Virus record (IMG/VR): IMGVR_UViG_3300031215_000011 | Span: 1-64,000 of that record | Length of the DNA stretch: 64,000 bases | DNA from: a virus | Reading direction: 5' to 3' (one strand) | Shown: in pieces, positions 25,357-34,352 of the stretch | Position numbering within the stretch: position 1 is the stretch's first letter | Layout of the letters: each line of letters starts with the position of its first letter | Translations under genes and position numbers: made by a program | The notes under the pieces: model-generated | Told to the model about the DNA's origin: nothing | Seen by the model: only the letters and a program-made list of their open reading frames with translations | The model's database searches: none

Positions 25357-26118
25357 ATGAAAAAAACTTTCGTTATAGTATCTGTATCAAGCAGAGTTAG
25401 GGAGTTAAACATCCTAATAGCAAGTATTAAAAGATTTAATAAGTTTGAGGATTACTCCATAAACTTATTGATGCAAGATAATACAGGCAAAGCTATGGAT
25501 AAGATACGCCATAAAGAGAGGTATGATAATATTTTTGTGGAGTCTAAAATGTTAGGCTGCCATACAGCGAGAATAAAATTATTGAAAAAAATAAATTACG
25601 ATTTGTACATTAATCTTGATGATGATATGGAGTTAATTGAAAGTACCTCTTATCAAGAATCCATAGATAAAGCTTTTGAAAAAAGTACGGGTTTTGTTAT
25701 GACTAATTGGGGTCGTTCGGAATCTGAGATATTGAAAAAACTCCCTGTACAGCACAAGTTTATAAAGCAAATTTTGATGTATCAAGGGGGCGGTATGATT
25801 TACCGAGATGAGATTGCTAATTTAATGCGAGAGTTACCTGAGGCGGAAGCAGTATTTGATTCAGCTTGGAGCTTAACCGCTTATTTAAAAGGTTATGTTA
25901 ATTATCGTTACTTAGGTTCTTTATCTATTCACAGAGTGTGCCGTTCAGGAGGTATGCAGGAGTTTATGAAAAGAACTAATTTGGAACTTACTTTGACTGA
26001 GTTTATAGATTACAAACAATCTAAAAGAATAGTAGGGAATGGTTATGATTGGTTAATTCCTTTAGACAAAGATTTAAAACCTTCTGCAAAAGAAGAACAT
26101 ATAAAAAATATCAAGTAA
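25357..26118 (+). CDS. putative GT-A fold glycosyltransferase-like protein
   Basis: N-terminal FVIVSVSSRVRELNILIASIKRF and a DxD-like NLDDDMEL, as in GT2-type enzymes. Weak. Confidence 0.4.
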   Translation: MKKTFVIVSVSSRVRELNILIASIKRFNKFEDYSINLLMQDNTGKAMDKIRHKERYDNIFVESKMLGCHTARIKLLKKINYDLYINLDDDMELIESTSYQESIDKAFEKSTGFVMTNWGRSESEILKKLPVQHKFIKQILMYQGGGMIYRDEIANLMRELPEAEAVFDSAWSLTAYLKGYVNYRYLGSLSIHRVCRSGGMQEFMKRTNLELTLTEFIDYKQSKRIVGNGYDWLIPLDKDLKPSAKEEHIKNIK

Positions 26119-27245
26119 TGTCTAATATTAGTCGTATAACAAAATCTGAGAGTGTTCTTGTAGAAGCCCGAAAAAGAATTGATTACTTACTTGATGAATT
26201 TGATAAAGTAGTTATTGCCTTTTCAGGTGGGAAGGATAGCACGGCAACTTTAGAGTTAGCATTGGAGAGAGCAAAGTTAAAGAACAAACTCCCATTGGAT
26301 GTGATGTTTATTGACCAAGAAGGAGAGTTCTCCCATGCTATTGAGTACATCCGTAGAATAAAGGAAAGAACTGATGAGGTTAAAATGTGGTGGTATCAAA
26401 TACCGATCAAGATTAATGTTAGTTCTAACTCAGTAACCAACCATTTGTTTTGTTGGGACCCTGATGCGGAGGATGTATGGATTAGACCTCATGAACCTGA
26501 TGCGATTACGGAGAATACTTATTGTAAAGAGGATACTTACTTCAATGATTTATTTAATGCTATTATAGCTAAAGACTTTGCAGGGTACACCGTTGCTTTA
26601 TTGGGAGGAGTTCGTACAGAAGAGAGTCCGAAAAGGCTTTCAGGGCTTACCAAAGGAAATGTTTACAAAGGAATAACTTGGGGGAAGAAGTTAAAGACTG
26701 AGGGAATGGTATCCTTGTACCCAATTTATGATTGGAGTTACACGGATGTTTGGAAATATATTGCAGAAAATAATTTTGATTATTGCAAGATTTACGATTT
26801 GATGTACAGCATTGGATTATCTACTTCTAAGATGAGAGTTTCATCACTATTCCATGAGAATAGTGTTGGAAGTTTTTCGTATCTTGCAGAAGTAGAAAAG
26901 GATAATTGGAATAGAATAGTCCAGAGAATTTATGGGGCCAATACCTACAAAACAAGTGCATCGTTTTATGAATGCCCTGACCAACTTCCTTATATGTTTA
27001 AAACGTGGGAAGGTTACGCAGGTCATTTATTTGATAAACTTATTTCAGAGCAGCTTAAACCCGTGTTTGAGAATCATATAAAGAATACCCATGCACGATT
27101 TTTGAAGTCCATGAAAAAGTATCCGAATAATAGTAATGCGAATGAGGATAGATTTTGGCAAGTGGTAGCTACTACTTACTTGAAAAATGATTTTTGCTTT
27201 ACACTGTTAACCAATCTATTGATTAGATTAAATATGAATATGTAA
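26118..27245 (+). CDS. PAPS reductase-family (PP-loop) protein, IbrA-like
   Basis: PP-loop VVIAFSGGKDSTATLELA. About 375 aa with a long C-terminal extension, as in IbrA-type proteins. Followed by a ParB-like partner. The TAATG-coupled start at 26118 is preferred over 26049. Confidence 0.8.
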   Translation: MSNISRITKSESVLVEARKRIDYLLDEFDKVVIAFSGGKDSTATLELALERAKLKNKLPLDVMFIDQEGEFSHAIEYIRRIKERTDEVKMWWYQIPIKINVSSNSVTNHLFCWDPDAEDVWIRPHEPDAITENTYCKEDTYFNDLFNAIIAKDFAGYTVALLGGVRTEESPKRLSGLTKGNVYKGITWGKKLKTEGMVSLYPIYDWSYTDVWKYIAENNFDYCKIYDLMYSIGLSTSKMRVSSLFHENSVGSFSYLAEVEKDNWNRIVQRIYGANTYKTSASFYECPDQLPYMFKTWEGYAGHLFDKLISEQLKPVFENHIKNTHARFLKSMKKYPNNSNANEDRFWQVVATTYLKNDFCFTLLTNLLIRLNMNM

Positions 27246-27943
27246 TGATAAGTGAGGCACTAATAAAAGCGATCAAAGCTGAGGTATCCAACGAAGTATC
27301 CAACGGAGGGGACAAGGATTCAGTTATAGAGGGTATCAAGCAATACCTTCACGATTCAGTTTCTGATAAGAAGGCTCATCCTGTAAACAACGTGAGGTGG
27401 GTTCCTATCGAACAGGTGGTGGCTAATGATTACAATCCAAACTCAGTTGCTAAAACTGAGATGAAGCTATTACTCAAGTCGATTGAGAAGGATGGTTATA
27501 CTCAGCCTGTAGTTGTGGTTTGGGATGAGGACAAAAAGAAGTACGTAATTGTAGATGGCTTTCACAGGACTACAGTAATGAAAACCAACAAAAGCGTTCA
27601 GGAATCTACTCAAGGTAGGTTACCCGTGGTAGTGCTTGAGAAGGATATTAATGATAGGATGGCAGCTACAGTTCGTCATAACAGAGCGAGAGGTACGCAC
27701 TCAGTTGTTAGCATGAGTGAGATGGTATTTTCTATGTTAGAAGAGGGGTGGGATGAATCAGCTATCGCCAATGAATTAGGAATGGAAGCTGAGGAAATTG
27801 TGAGGTTAAAGCACATTACAGGATTCAGCAAATTATTTGAGGATAGAGAGTACAATAAATCATGGGAAACAAGGAATCAATTATTAGAACGTAAAAAACA
27901 AAAAGATGAGCAAGGAGAGGGCTACGGGATTAAAAATAAATAA
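27245..27943 (+). CDS. ParB/Srx-fold protein, IbrB-like
   Basis: VANDYNPNSV, VIVDGFHRT and RHNRARGTH are typical ParB N-terminal (sulfiredoxin-fold) motifs. Paired with a PAPS reductase. Confidence 0.8.
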   Translation: MISEALIKAIKAEVSNEVSNGGDKDSVIEGIKQYLHDSVSDKKAHPVNNVRWVPIEQVVANDYNPNSVAKTEMKLLLKSIEKDGYTQPVVVVWDEDKKKYVIVDGFHRTTVMKTNKSVQESTQGRLPVVVLEKDINDRMAATVRHNRARGTHSVVSMSEMVFSMLEEGWDESAIANELGMEAEEIVRLKHITGFSKLFEDREYNKSWETRNQLLERKKQKDEQGEGYGIKNK

Positions 27944-28481
27944 AGTATTTTTAGAGCGGAATGAATATACAGGAATGCTTGCTAAGAAGCATGGTGTAGT
28001 TAATGGCAGTATTGTAGAAGTAGGCGTGTTGAGAGGGGCGTTTTCAAAAGTTTTGTTAAGTATTAATCCTGCTTCATTAACTTTAGTTGACCCTTATAGA
28101 AGGTTTTCAACTGAGGAGTTCCCCGATTATACGGATTACTCACAGTCTAAATGGGATGAACTTCATGCTAAAGTAAAAAATACCTTCGAGGCAGATAGTA
28201 GAGTTTCCATATTAAGAAATGTTTCAGAGAATGCGGTTAGAGAGTTTAAAAATAATTCTTTAGATATGGTTTACTTAGACGGGAATCATACTTACCCTTT
28301 TATCTATAAAGATTTGAGACTTTGGTATGCTAAAGTTAAAAAAGGAGGAATTTTAGCAGGACATGATTACCCTCTTCCAAGTGTTAAAAAAGCGGTGCAG
28401 GAGTTCTGTAAAGAGAAAGGCATAAAAAGTATTCAAATTACTAAATCTGCAAGTGTAGCAAGTTATTATATCGTTAAGTAA
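27906..28481 (+). CDS. class I SAM-dependent methyltransferase-fold protein
   Basis: IVEVGVLRGAFS (motif I-like), LTLVDPY, MVYLDGNHTY and GGILAGHDY resemble Methyltransf_24/TylF-type enzymes. An alternative start lies at 27975. Confidence 0.65.
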   Translation: MSKERATGLKINKVFLERNEYTGMLAKKHGVVNGSIVEVGVLRGAFSKVLLSINPASLTLVDPYRRFSTEEFPDYTDYSQSKWDELHAKVKNTFEADSRVSILRNVSENAVREFKNNSLDMVYLDGNHTYPFIYKDLRLWYAKVKKGGILAGHDYPLPSVKKAVQEFCKEKGIKSIQITKSASVASYYIVK

Positions 28482-29077
28482 TGGAATTAGTTTACAAGAA
28501 AAGAAAGGTTAAGAATCTTAAACCTTTCAAGAAAAATTATAGAGAGATAACCGCTGAGGCTATCAATGCTGTGGCTAAATCCATTCAAACGTATGGATAC
28601 AATGTGCCGATCATTGTAGATTCAAATGGGGTAATCATTGCAGGTCATGTTAGACAGAAGGCACTCCTCCAATTAGGAATAGAGGAAGTGGTTTGCGTGG
28701 TTGTGAAAGAGAACGATGAGGAGACCAAGGATAAGATTAGGTTATTGGACAATGCTATAGGGGAGGCTTCTGATTGGGATGAGAAATCATTAGGTAAGGA
28801 ATTACGAATGATTAAGGATTTAGCAGGCGAAGGTACATGGGATAACTTCGCTTCTATGTGGGGAGACACCAAGGATGCTTTGGATAAGCACTTACAAACA
28901 AGCTTAGGAGGAGGTATCCGAGAGGTAAACGATAAGGACTTAAAGAAAGCAGAGCAGAGAGAACACGATAAGTTCCAACAAGTGAAGGAGGACAATAGAG
29001 ATAAGAAGGTATTATGCCCTGAGTGTGGATACGAGTTTCTAATTAGAGTACACGATAAAGATGAAAAACGAAGTTAA
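28481..29077 (+). CDS. ParB-like N-terminal domain protein with C-terminal zinc-ribbon half (paralog 1)
   Basis: LKPFKKNYREIT, VPIIVDSNGVIIAGHVRQKALLQLG, LLDNAI and C-terminal CPECGYEF. Confidence 0.7.
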   Translation: MELVYKKRKVKNLKPFKKNYREITAEAINAVAKSIQTYGYNVPIIVDSNGVIIAGHVRQKALLQLGIEEVVCVVVKENDEETKDKIRLLDNAIGEASDWDEKSLGKELRMIKDLAGEGTWDNFASMWGDTKDALDKHLQTSLGGGIREVNDKDLKKAEQREHDKFQQVKEDNRDKKVLCPECGYEFLIRVHDKDEKRS

Positions 29078-29603
29078 GGTTGACGATATTGCTTTAAAGG
29101 GAGCAGAGGTAAAACAGGTTCCACTACAGGAGATCAAACCCTATGGAGGAAACCCACGTAAGAACGACAAAAGTGTTTATATGCTTGAGCAGGCTATTGA
29201 GCGGTTCGGCTTCTTAGTACCTATCACAGTCGATAAGGACAATGTAATTATTACAGGTCATTCAAGATACACGGCAGCAAAGAACTTAGGACTTGATACA
29301 GTAGCTACGATTACCTTGGACCACCTTTCAGAGCGTGAGGTAATGGAGTACCGGATTGCGGATAATAAAGTGGCAGAATTTACCTTTTTGGACTTTGAAT
29401 TAAAGGGAGAGGAGCTAAAAGGATACACAAAGGACGATGAATTGATGAGTTTTGCTTTTCCTGAATTTGATAGCAACGAGTTCGAGGAGAAAGAAGATGA
29501 GGATAGAGATACGAGTGGCGAACCTACTGAATGTATGTGCCCCAACTGTTTACATGAGTTTGATGCTAACAGTCAGTTGATGGGAGAGGAGCCTAAAGAC
29601 TAG
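29061..29603 (+). CDS. ParB-like N-terminal domain protein with C-terminal zinc-ribbon half (paralog 2)
   Basis: IKPYGGNPRKND, VPITVDKDNVIITGHSRYTAAKNLG, IADNKV and C-terminal CPNCLHEF. Same architecture as the upstream gene. Confidence 0.75.
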   Translation: MKNEVKVDDIALKGAEVKQVPLQEIKPYGGNPRKNDKSVYMLEQAIERFGFLVPITVDKDNVIITGHSRYTAAKNLGLDTVATITLDHLSEREVMEYRIADNKVAEFTFLDFELKGEELKGYTKDDELMSFAFPEFDSNEFEEKEDEDRDTSGEPTECMCPNCLHEFDANSQLMGEEPKD

Positions 29604-29618
29604 GTTCAGCCATAACAA

Positions 29619-30047
29619 ATGTTACACAATAAAAAAAGAGAGATGGCAGTAGCAGGAGAAATGAAGAAAAGAACAATTACACAAAAGCGTAAAGCTATGT
29701 TGGCAGCCCTAAAGGTTTCGATGGGGGTGGTACAGGTTGCTTGCGATAAGGTTGGTATATCAAGACAAACCCACTACCGTTGGTTAGAGACTAATGAGAA
29801 GTACAGGAAATCTGTAGAGGATATGCAGGAGGTAGCGTTAGACTTCGCTGAATCGTCTCTTCTCAGGAACATTCAGAAGGGGAAGGAGAGTTCGACTATT
29901 TTCTATCTTAAGACTAAAGGGAAGAAACGAGGCTACCTTGAAACTCAGGTCAACTTGAATACGGATGTATCATTGGAGCAGTTAGCAGGAAAGGACGTAA
30001 CCGAATTAGAGGAAATGTACCTTGCTTTGAAGAAAGGCAACAAGTAA
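29619..30047 (+). CDS. terS: terminase small subunit
   Basis: 142 aa. HTH (CDKVGISRQTHYRWL), then SLLRNIQKG...STIFYLKTKGKKRGY, typical of small terminases. Immediately upstream of terL. Confidence 0.7.
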   Translation: MLHNKKREMAVAGEMKKRTITQKRKAMLAALKVSMGVVQVACDKVGISRQTHYRWLETNEKYRKSVEDMQEVALDFAESSLLRNIQKGKESSTIFYLKTKGKKRGYLETQVNLNTDVSLEQLAGKDVTELEEMYLALKKGNK

Positions 30048-30112
30048 ACCCAAACTATAGTGTGGGGATATGCTCAGGATTACGGGGTCGATACAATATA
30101 TAGTTGGTATTT

Positions 30113-31786
30113 ATGGAAAAAGAGGTTAAAATATCAAAAGAGGAACTACTTAAAAAACTCATAGAGGAAGAGTTATTTGAGCGTTGGAGGAGAGACCCGA
30201 TGGCTTGGTTAGAGGAGCGGTTAGGCGAACCAAGAAGGCATTTCATGTGGTCAGAGCATGAGGGTTATGAGAATCACAAGTGGGATGGGAACAAAGACCC
30301 GATTGGAGAAGCTTGGATGACTTTTGGTAGGGCTTACGAAGCAGTACAGAGAGGAGAGGACCCTGAATACAGGAATGTAGCTTTAGAGAGTGCAACAGGT
30401 ACAGGCAAAACTTACACTTTAGCAAGAATAGTATTTTGGTTCTTGGATTGTTTCCCGAATAGCTTGGTGGTTACTACTGCTCCATCGGATTCACAGATTA
30501 AGTCAGGATTGTGGGCTGAGATTTCAACAATATTTCCAAAGATCATTGCATTGAGGCCTAATGCAAAAAAGTGGCAAGGGAAATTGGTTATGCAGGCTCC
30601 GAGGAACTTCGCTAAGATGGATGCTACCGAGAGGGAGAAGAGTTTAGGCGATTCGTGGATGGCTAAAACCCATATCACAGGTACGAGTGCCAACAAAGAA
30701 TCAGAGGATAAATTTAGAGGCTTCCACAGGAAGTCAATGTTAATTCTATTGGAGGAGTGTACAGGAATACCCCATCAGATTTTAACGGCTGCACAGAACA
30801 CCTCAACAGGTATGACGAATTACATTTTAGCAGTAGGAAACCCCTCCGACCAAACAGATACACTTCATACGTTCGCAGAGCTACCGAGTGTCAAGAACTT
30901 TCGAGTATCCGCATACGACCATCCGAATATAGTGCTACAAGAGGAACTGTATCACGGTGCGATTACTCAAGTATCCATAAACGAGAGATTGTCCACCTAT
31001 GGGGCGGAACATGGCTTATTCAAGGCAATGGTAAGGGGAATATCTCCTCCACAATCTAAAGATTCATTGATTAGAAGAGAGTGGATTGATAAGTGTGTGA
31101 ATAACCCGAATAAAGATAAATTGTACGGACACGATGCGCTTGGGGTGGATGTGGCTAACTCCGAATTGGGAGATAAGGCTGCAGTTGTTTATGGAAAAGG
31201 TTGTACGGTTTATCGTATGGATGAATTTCAATGTCCCAATGCAACTCATCTTGGATACAATTTGGTATATGAGGATGAAGTATTGGCTGAAAAGGGCTAT
31301 GATGATTATAACATTCCAACCATGTTTGAGTACGGGATACAACCGTATAATATCGGTATTGACGGAGTAGGAGTAGGAACAGCTACGGTAAATGCTTTTA
31401 TTGATATGGGATTGCCTAACGTGGAATCCTTGATGGGAGGACAATGGAATGAAGCTATACCAACTATAGAGGATGGACCTGATGCAGGGAAACCAAAATT
31501 CCGCTTTGGCTCATTACGTTCGCAGATGTGGTGGCAATTGAGGGAGGATTTCAGAATGGGTAAAATAAACCTTGCTTTAACAGATGCAGACCAATTGGAG
31601 GCGTTGAAGAGAGAGTTAACCGTACCCAAGGTAACCATGAGAGAGAATGCGATTGCGGTGGAGGCCAAAGAGCAGATTAAAAAGAGGCTTGGTCATTCTC
31701 CCAACCTTGGAGATGCGTTGGCATATTGGAATTGGATGAGGAACGGTTACAGGGTGGATGCAGGCTTTGTAGCAGCACGATCTTAA
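30113..31786 (+). CDS. terL: terminase large subunit
   Basis: Walker A ESATGTGKTYT and Walker B MLILLEEC. C-terminal nuclease-like region with IGIDGVGVG. The ORF opens with TTG at 30104, and the ATG at 30113 is preferred. Confidence 0.9.
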   Translation: MEKEVKISKEELLKKLIEEELFERWRRDPMAWLEERLGEPRRHFMWSEHEGYENHKWDGNKDPIGEAWMTFGRAYEAVQRGEDPEYRNVALESATGTGKTYTLARIVFWFLDCFPNSLVVTTAPSDSQIKSGLWAEISTIFPKIIALRPNAKKWQGKLVMQAPRNFAKMDATEREKSLGDSWMAKTHITGTSANKESEDKFRGFHRKSMLILLEECTGIPHQILTAAQNTSTGMTNYILAVGNPSDQTDTLHTFAELPSVKNFRVSAYDHPNIVLQEELYHGAITQVSINERLSTYGAEHGLFKAMVRGISPPQSKDSLIRREWIDKCVNNPNKDKLYGHDALGVDVANSELGDKAAVVYGKGCTVYRMDEFQCPNATHLGYNLVYEDEVLAEKGYDDYNIPTMFEYGIQPYNIGIDGVGVGTATVNAFIDMGLPNVESLMGGQWNEAIPTIEDGPDAGKPKFRFGSLRSQMWWQLREDFRMGKINLALTDADQLEALKRELTVPKVTMRENAIAVEAKEQIKKRLGHSPNLGDALAYWNWMRNGYRVDAGFVAARS

Positions 31787-31809
31787 AAATAATTCAATAA
31801 ATGTTCATA

Positions 31810-31845
31810 AAAATTTTGTAGAACTCCAAAACTTTCTTATCTTTG
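31810..31845 (+). promoter_or_regulatory. Strong phage promoter cassette (identical copy 1 of 4)
   Basis: aaaattttgtagaactccaaaactttcttatctttg = TTTG-N19-TATCTTTG. It is 36/36 identical to the copies at 33495, 35112 and 37506. Confidence 0.8.
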
Positions 31846-31879
31846 ATGTGTATTTAAACCACATTTAAAACGAAAAGTT

Positions 31880-32467
31880 ATGAAAAATTTTAGAACAAAT
31901 CAAAGACAAGAGTTAATCGAAGGAAATGATTACTCAGTAATAAGAACCTTAAAAATCGGAACTGCTGAGAAAGCTTCGGTTAAGAAAATCACTTACAAGA
32001 AAGGGATGCGTATTTTAACAGGTTACAGAACGGTTTATTTGACGGGTCATTCAGATACTCACATTAAGCAGTTCTTAAAAGAGGCTTGGGGCTTAGAGTT
32101 AGGCAAAGCAGAAAAACCTGTTACTAGCAAAGCGAAGTCTGCTCCTAAGAAAACATCTAAGAAGCCTGCTCCGAAGGCAGATAAAACCTCAACTGATGCA
32201 GCACCTGCAAAAGGAGTGAAGCTTAAAAAGTTCGCTCTTGGTAATGTAGAGGTGGGTAGCAAGGTATTAGTGAGGCTTCCCGTTAGCAAGCAAAGAAAGC
32301 AACCAATAGTTGTGGAAGCTGAGGTTAAGCAGAACGGTATCAATACTCAGTTAAAAAGATTAGGTAAGTCTAAGGGGGTCGTAAAACTGAATGGGACGAC
32401 TGAGACTTACTACATGGATACTAAGACCAACCGAACTAAGTATTTAAAGAATGTAGAAATAGTTTAA
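31880..32467 (+). CDS. hypothetical protein with Lys/Ala/Pro-rich linker
   Basis: 195 aa. The central KPVTSKAKSAPKKTSKKPAPKADK segment is histone-tail-like. Confidence 0.6.
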   Translation: MKNFRTNQRQELIEGNDYSVIRTLKIGTAEKASVKKITYKKGMRILTGYRTVYLTGHSDTHIKQFLKEAWGLELGKAEKPVTSKAKSAPKKTSKKPAPKADKTSTDAAPAKGVKLKKFALGNVEVGSKVLVRLPVSKQRKQPIVVEAEVKQNGINTQLKRLGKSKGVVKLNGTTETYYMDTKTNRTKYLKNVEIV

Positions 32468-32472
32468 TCAGT

Positions 32473-32703
32473 ATGAGGACAAATAAAGCGATTACAGGAA
32501 CTTTCTACGGTATGGATATAACAATACCCAAGGGAACAGCTTTAACTCACAACACAGCTTGTGGGATAGACAAAAACTACCATTTCGTATCGGATTGGAG
32601 TTGGTTAGAGCCAGAGAAGCAAGGATTCGGAAGAACTATGCTGCTACATGACTTAGAGCATAGAGGCGTTAATGTAAATAAGGAGGACGTAGATTATGGA
32701 TGA
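32473..32703 (+). CDS. hypothetical protein
   Basis: 76-aa ORF. Its stop lies inside the first copy of the 31-bp repeat. Confidence 0.55.
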   Translation: MRTNKAITGTFYGMDITIPKGTALTHNTACGIDKNYHFVSDWSWLEPEKQGFGRTMLLHDLEHRGVNVNKEDVDYG

Positions 32704-32723
32704 TATGAATTATGAGAGCGACT
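32693..32723 (+). repeat. 31-bp direct repeat, copy 1
   Basis: attatggatgatatgaattatgagagcgact is identical to 32977-33007. Confidence 0.95.
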
Positions 32724-32760
32724 GTACTTGGTTTATTAATTTACACCTAAAATTAAATAC

Positions 32761-32943
32761 ATGGACGTAATTACACAAGGAAAGATTGAAGATTGGTTTA
32801 ATAAGTATAAAGGACAAGCTATGGAAGTTGAGGTCGTAATTAATCAAGATGAAAGCCATACTCAAAAATTCCATTCTTTGGAAGAAATACTTTCAGAGTA
32901 TGAAGGATTGGATGGTTCTAAAATTTTATACTTTCCTATCTAG
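32761..32943 (+). CDS. hypothetical small protein (inserted cassette)
   Basis: 60-aa ORF lying between the two 31-bp repeat copies. Confidence 0.5.
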   Translation: MDVITQGKIEDWFNKYKGQAMEVEVVINQDESHTQKFHSLEEILSEYEGLDGSKILYFPI

Positions 32944-32976
32944 TTTTATATAGTAAACTGTAAACCAAAACAATAA

Positions 32977-33007
32977 ATTATGGATGATATGAATTATGAG
33001 AGCGACT
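32977..33007 (+). repeat. 31-bp direct repeat, copy 2
   Basis: Identical to 32693-32723. Contains the start codon of the 32980 ORF. Confidence 0.95.
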
Positions 33008-33378
33008 ACATGAGAGTAGTACCAAGGGACTTCTTTAATGAGGCGAAACTATTGAAATGTATGGGGCTGTTATCACTAAGCATACATGATTGCAAACTAC
33101 CAACTGAATGCACAATTGAGATATTTGAGGATAACAGTAACCCATTCGAGATTGTGTTATGGCAGGATGGAGCATTGAGTGTTATCAACTACCTAGTTAA
33201 GATAAATGATAACCCTGTTCGAGTGAGAACAACCTACAATTCCAAAGAACCTTATCCTGCTCACATATTGTGGGACAATTCAGAGTATAAGCTATTCGAT
33301 AACAAAGGAGGATGGGATGCAGAGTTCTTTGAATTGTTAAAAGAGATGAAAGATACTGCTCAACTGCCTACTACATGA
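32980..33378 (+). CDS. hypothetical protein
   Basis: 132-aa ORF. Confidence 0.6.
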   Translation: MDDMNYESDYMRVVPRDFFNEAKLLKCMGLLSLSIHDCKLPTECTIEIFEDNSNPFEIVLWQDGALSVINYLVKINDNPVRVRTTYNSKEPYPAHILWDNSEYKLFDNKGGWDAEFFELLKEMKDTAQLPTT

Positions 33379-33402
33379 GCCGTAGGAATAAACCCTAGTA
33401 GG

Positions 33403-33488
33403 TGCAGATATTTGTCAGGAGGGGAGAACGATTGCAACACGGTATAAAGCCCTAATGATTCCCCCTCCGATCTGCAAATAAAAAAAAG
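33403..33488 (+). terminator. Long hairpin terminator
   Basis: tgcagat...ggagggga / tccccctcc..atctgca nested arms, then aataaaaaaaa. Confidence 0.6.
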
Positions 33489-33494
33489 TTCACA

Positions 33495-33530
33495 AAAATT
33501 TTGTAGAACTCCAAAACTTTCTTATCTTTG
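33495..33530 (+). promoter_or_regulatory. Strong phage promoter cassette (identical copy 2 of 4)
   Basis: 36/36 identity with 31810-31845. Confidence 0.8.
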
Positions 33531-33553
33531 TGGGGTATTAAAAACCACGTACC

Positions 33554-33835
33554 ATGAGTAAAGCAATTACATTACCTTTAGAGCCAATAACAGTAAACAA
33601 ACTGACGGCTACAGTATTTCAGACTAACTTGGTTACAAGGGAGCGCAAAGAAATAGAGATTACAGTTGATATTTGGAGTAGAGCAGGATACGCTAATCCT
33701 GCTAACAAAGAAGTAGGGGACGTACATCATTCCAACGGTACGATTCAGCACATATTCAGAAAAGTGCCTGCTTGCTTGTTCAACTCTGAGAGTATCCGTA
33801 GCAGTTCTTACCAATACGCTTTGAGTTATGAGTAA
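33554..33835 (+). CDS. hypothetical protein
   Basis: 93-aa ORF after the promoter. Confidence 0.55.
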   Translation: MSKAITLPLEPITVNKLTATVFQTNLVTRERKEIEITVDIWSRAGYANPANKEVGDVHHSNGTIQHIFRKVPACLFNSESIRSSSYQYALSYE

Positions 33836-34172
33836 GATGAAGTATCCACAGGAACAATTCGAGGTGTTAGTTAAAGCCCTCAAGAAATTCAATGAATATT
33901 TGGATTTATCCAAGATCAACGAACACGCTCTTCACTTCGAGATATTTCAGCAATTTTCTGAGGGTCATAAGCACAATAGGCTCAGGGTATCTACCGATGA
34001 GAGGAAAGATTATACGCTTTATAGGGAGGGGAGATTGAACCAAAGCGGTTTGTTTACCACGGTCCCTTTGATTGATTTCAAGGCAGACTTCGAGTTATAC
34101 CCGAACAATACCATTGATGATAATATAGCAACAGCTATGAGAAAAGCAATAAAGGAGGTAACCAATGTATAG
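33828..34172 (+). CDS. hypothetical protein
   Basis: 114-aa ORF, overlapping coupling. Confidence 0.6.
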   Translation: MSKMKYPQEQFEVLVKALKKFNEYLDLSKINEHALHFEIFQQFSEGHKHNRLRVSTDERKDYTLYREGRLNQSGLFTTVPLIDFKADFELYPNNTIDDNIATAMRKAIKEVTNV

Positions 34173-34350
34173 AATTATAGAAATGTCAGGCACGTTATAT
34201 GCGATAGAACTACTCACAAGCGGTAGGGGAGCAGCCGAAGAATTAGAAGAAATGCAAGAACTACTCGATACGGGCGCTTCGGATAAGATAACTATTGTTA
34301 CCGATTATGAGGAGGTAGGAGCAAAATTAATAATAAGAGATTTTTTATAG
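34165..34350 (+). CDS. hypothetical small acidic protein
   Basis: 61-aa ORF. Confidence 0.5.
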   Translation: MYRIIEMSGTLYAIELLTSGRGAAEELEEMQELLDTGASDKITIVTDYEEVGAKLIIRDFL

Positions 34351-34352
34351 AT

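Noticed and set aside
30757-31444. Alternative-frame and antisense ORFs inside terL (30757-31059, 31134-31370, 31064-31444, 31306-31668)
   Set aside because: They are fully embedded in a gene with clear terminase motifs and have no independent signals.
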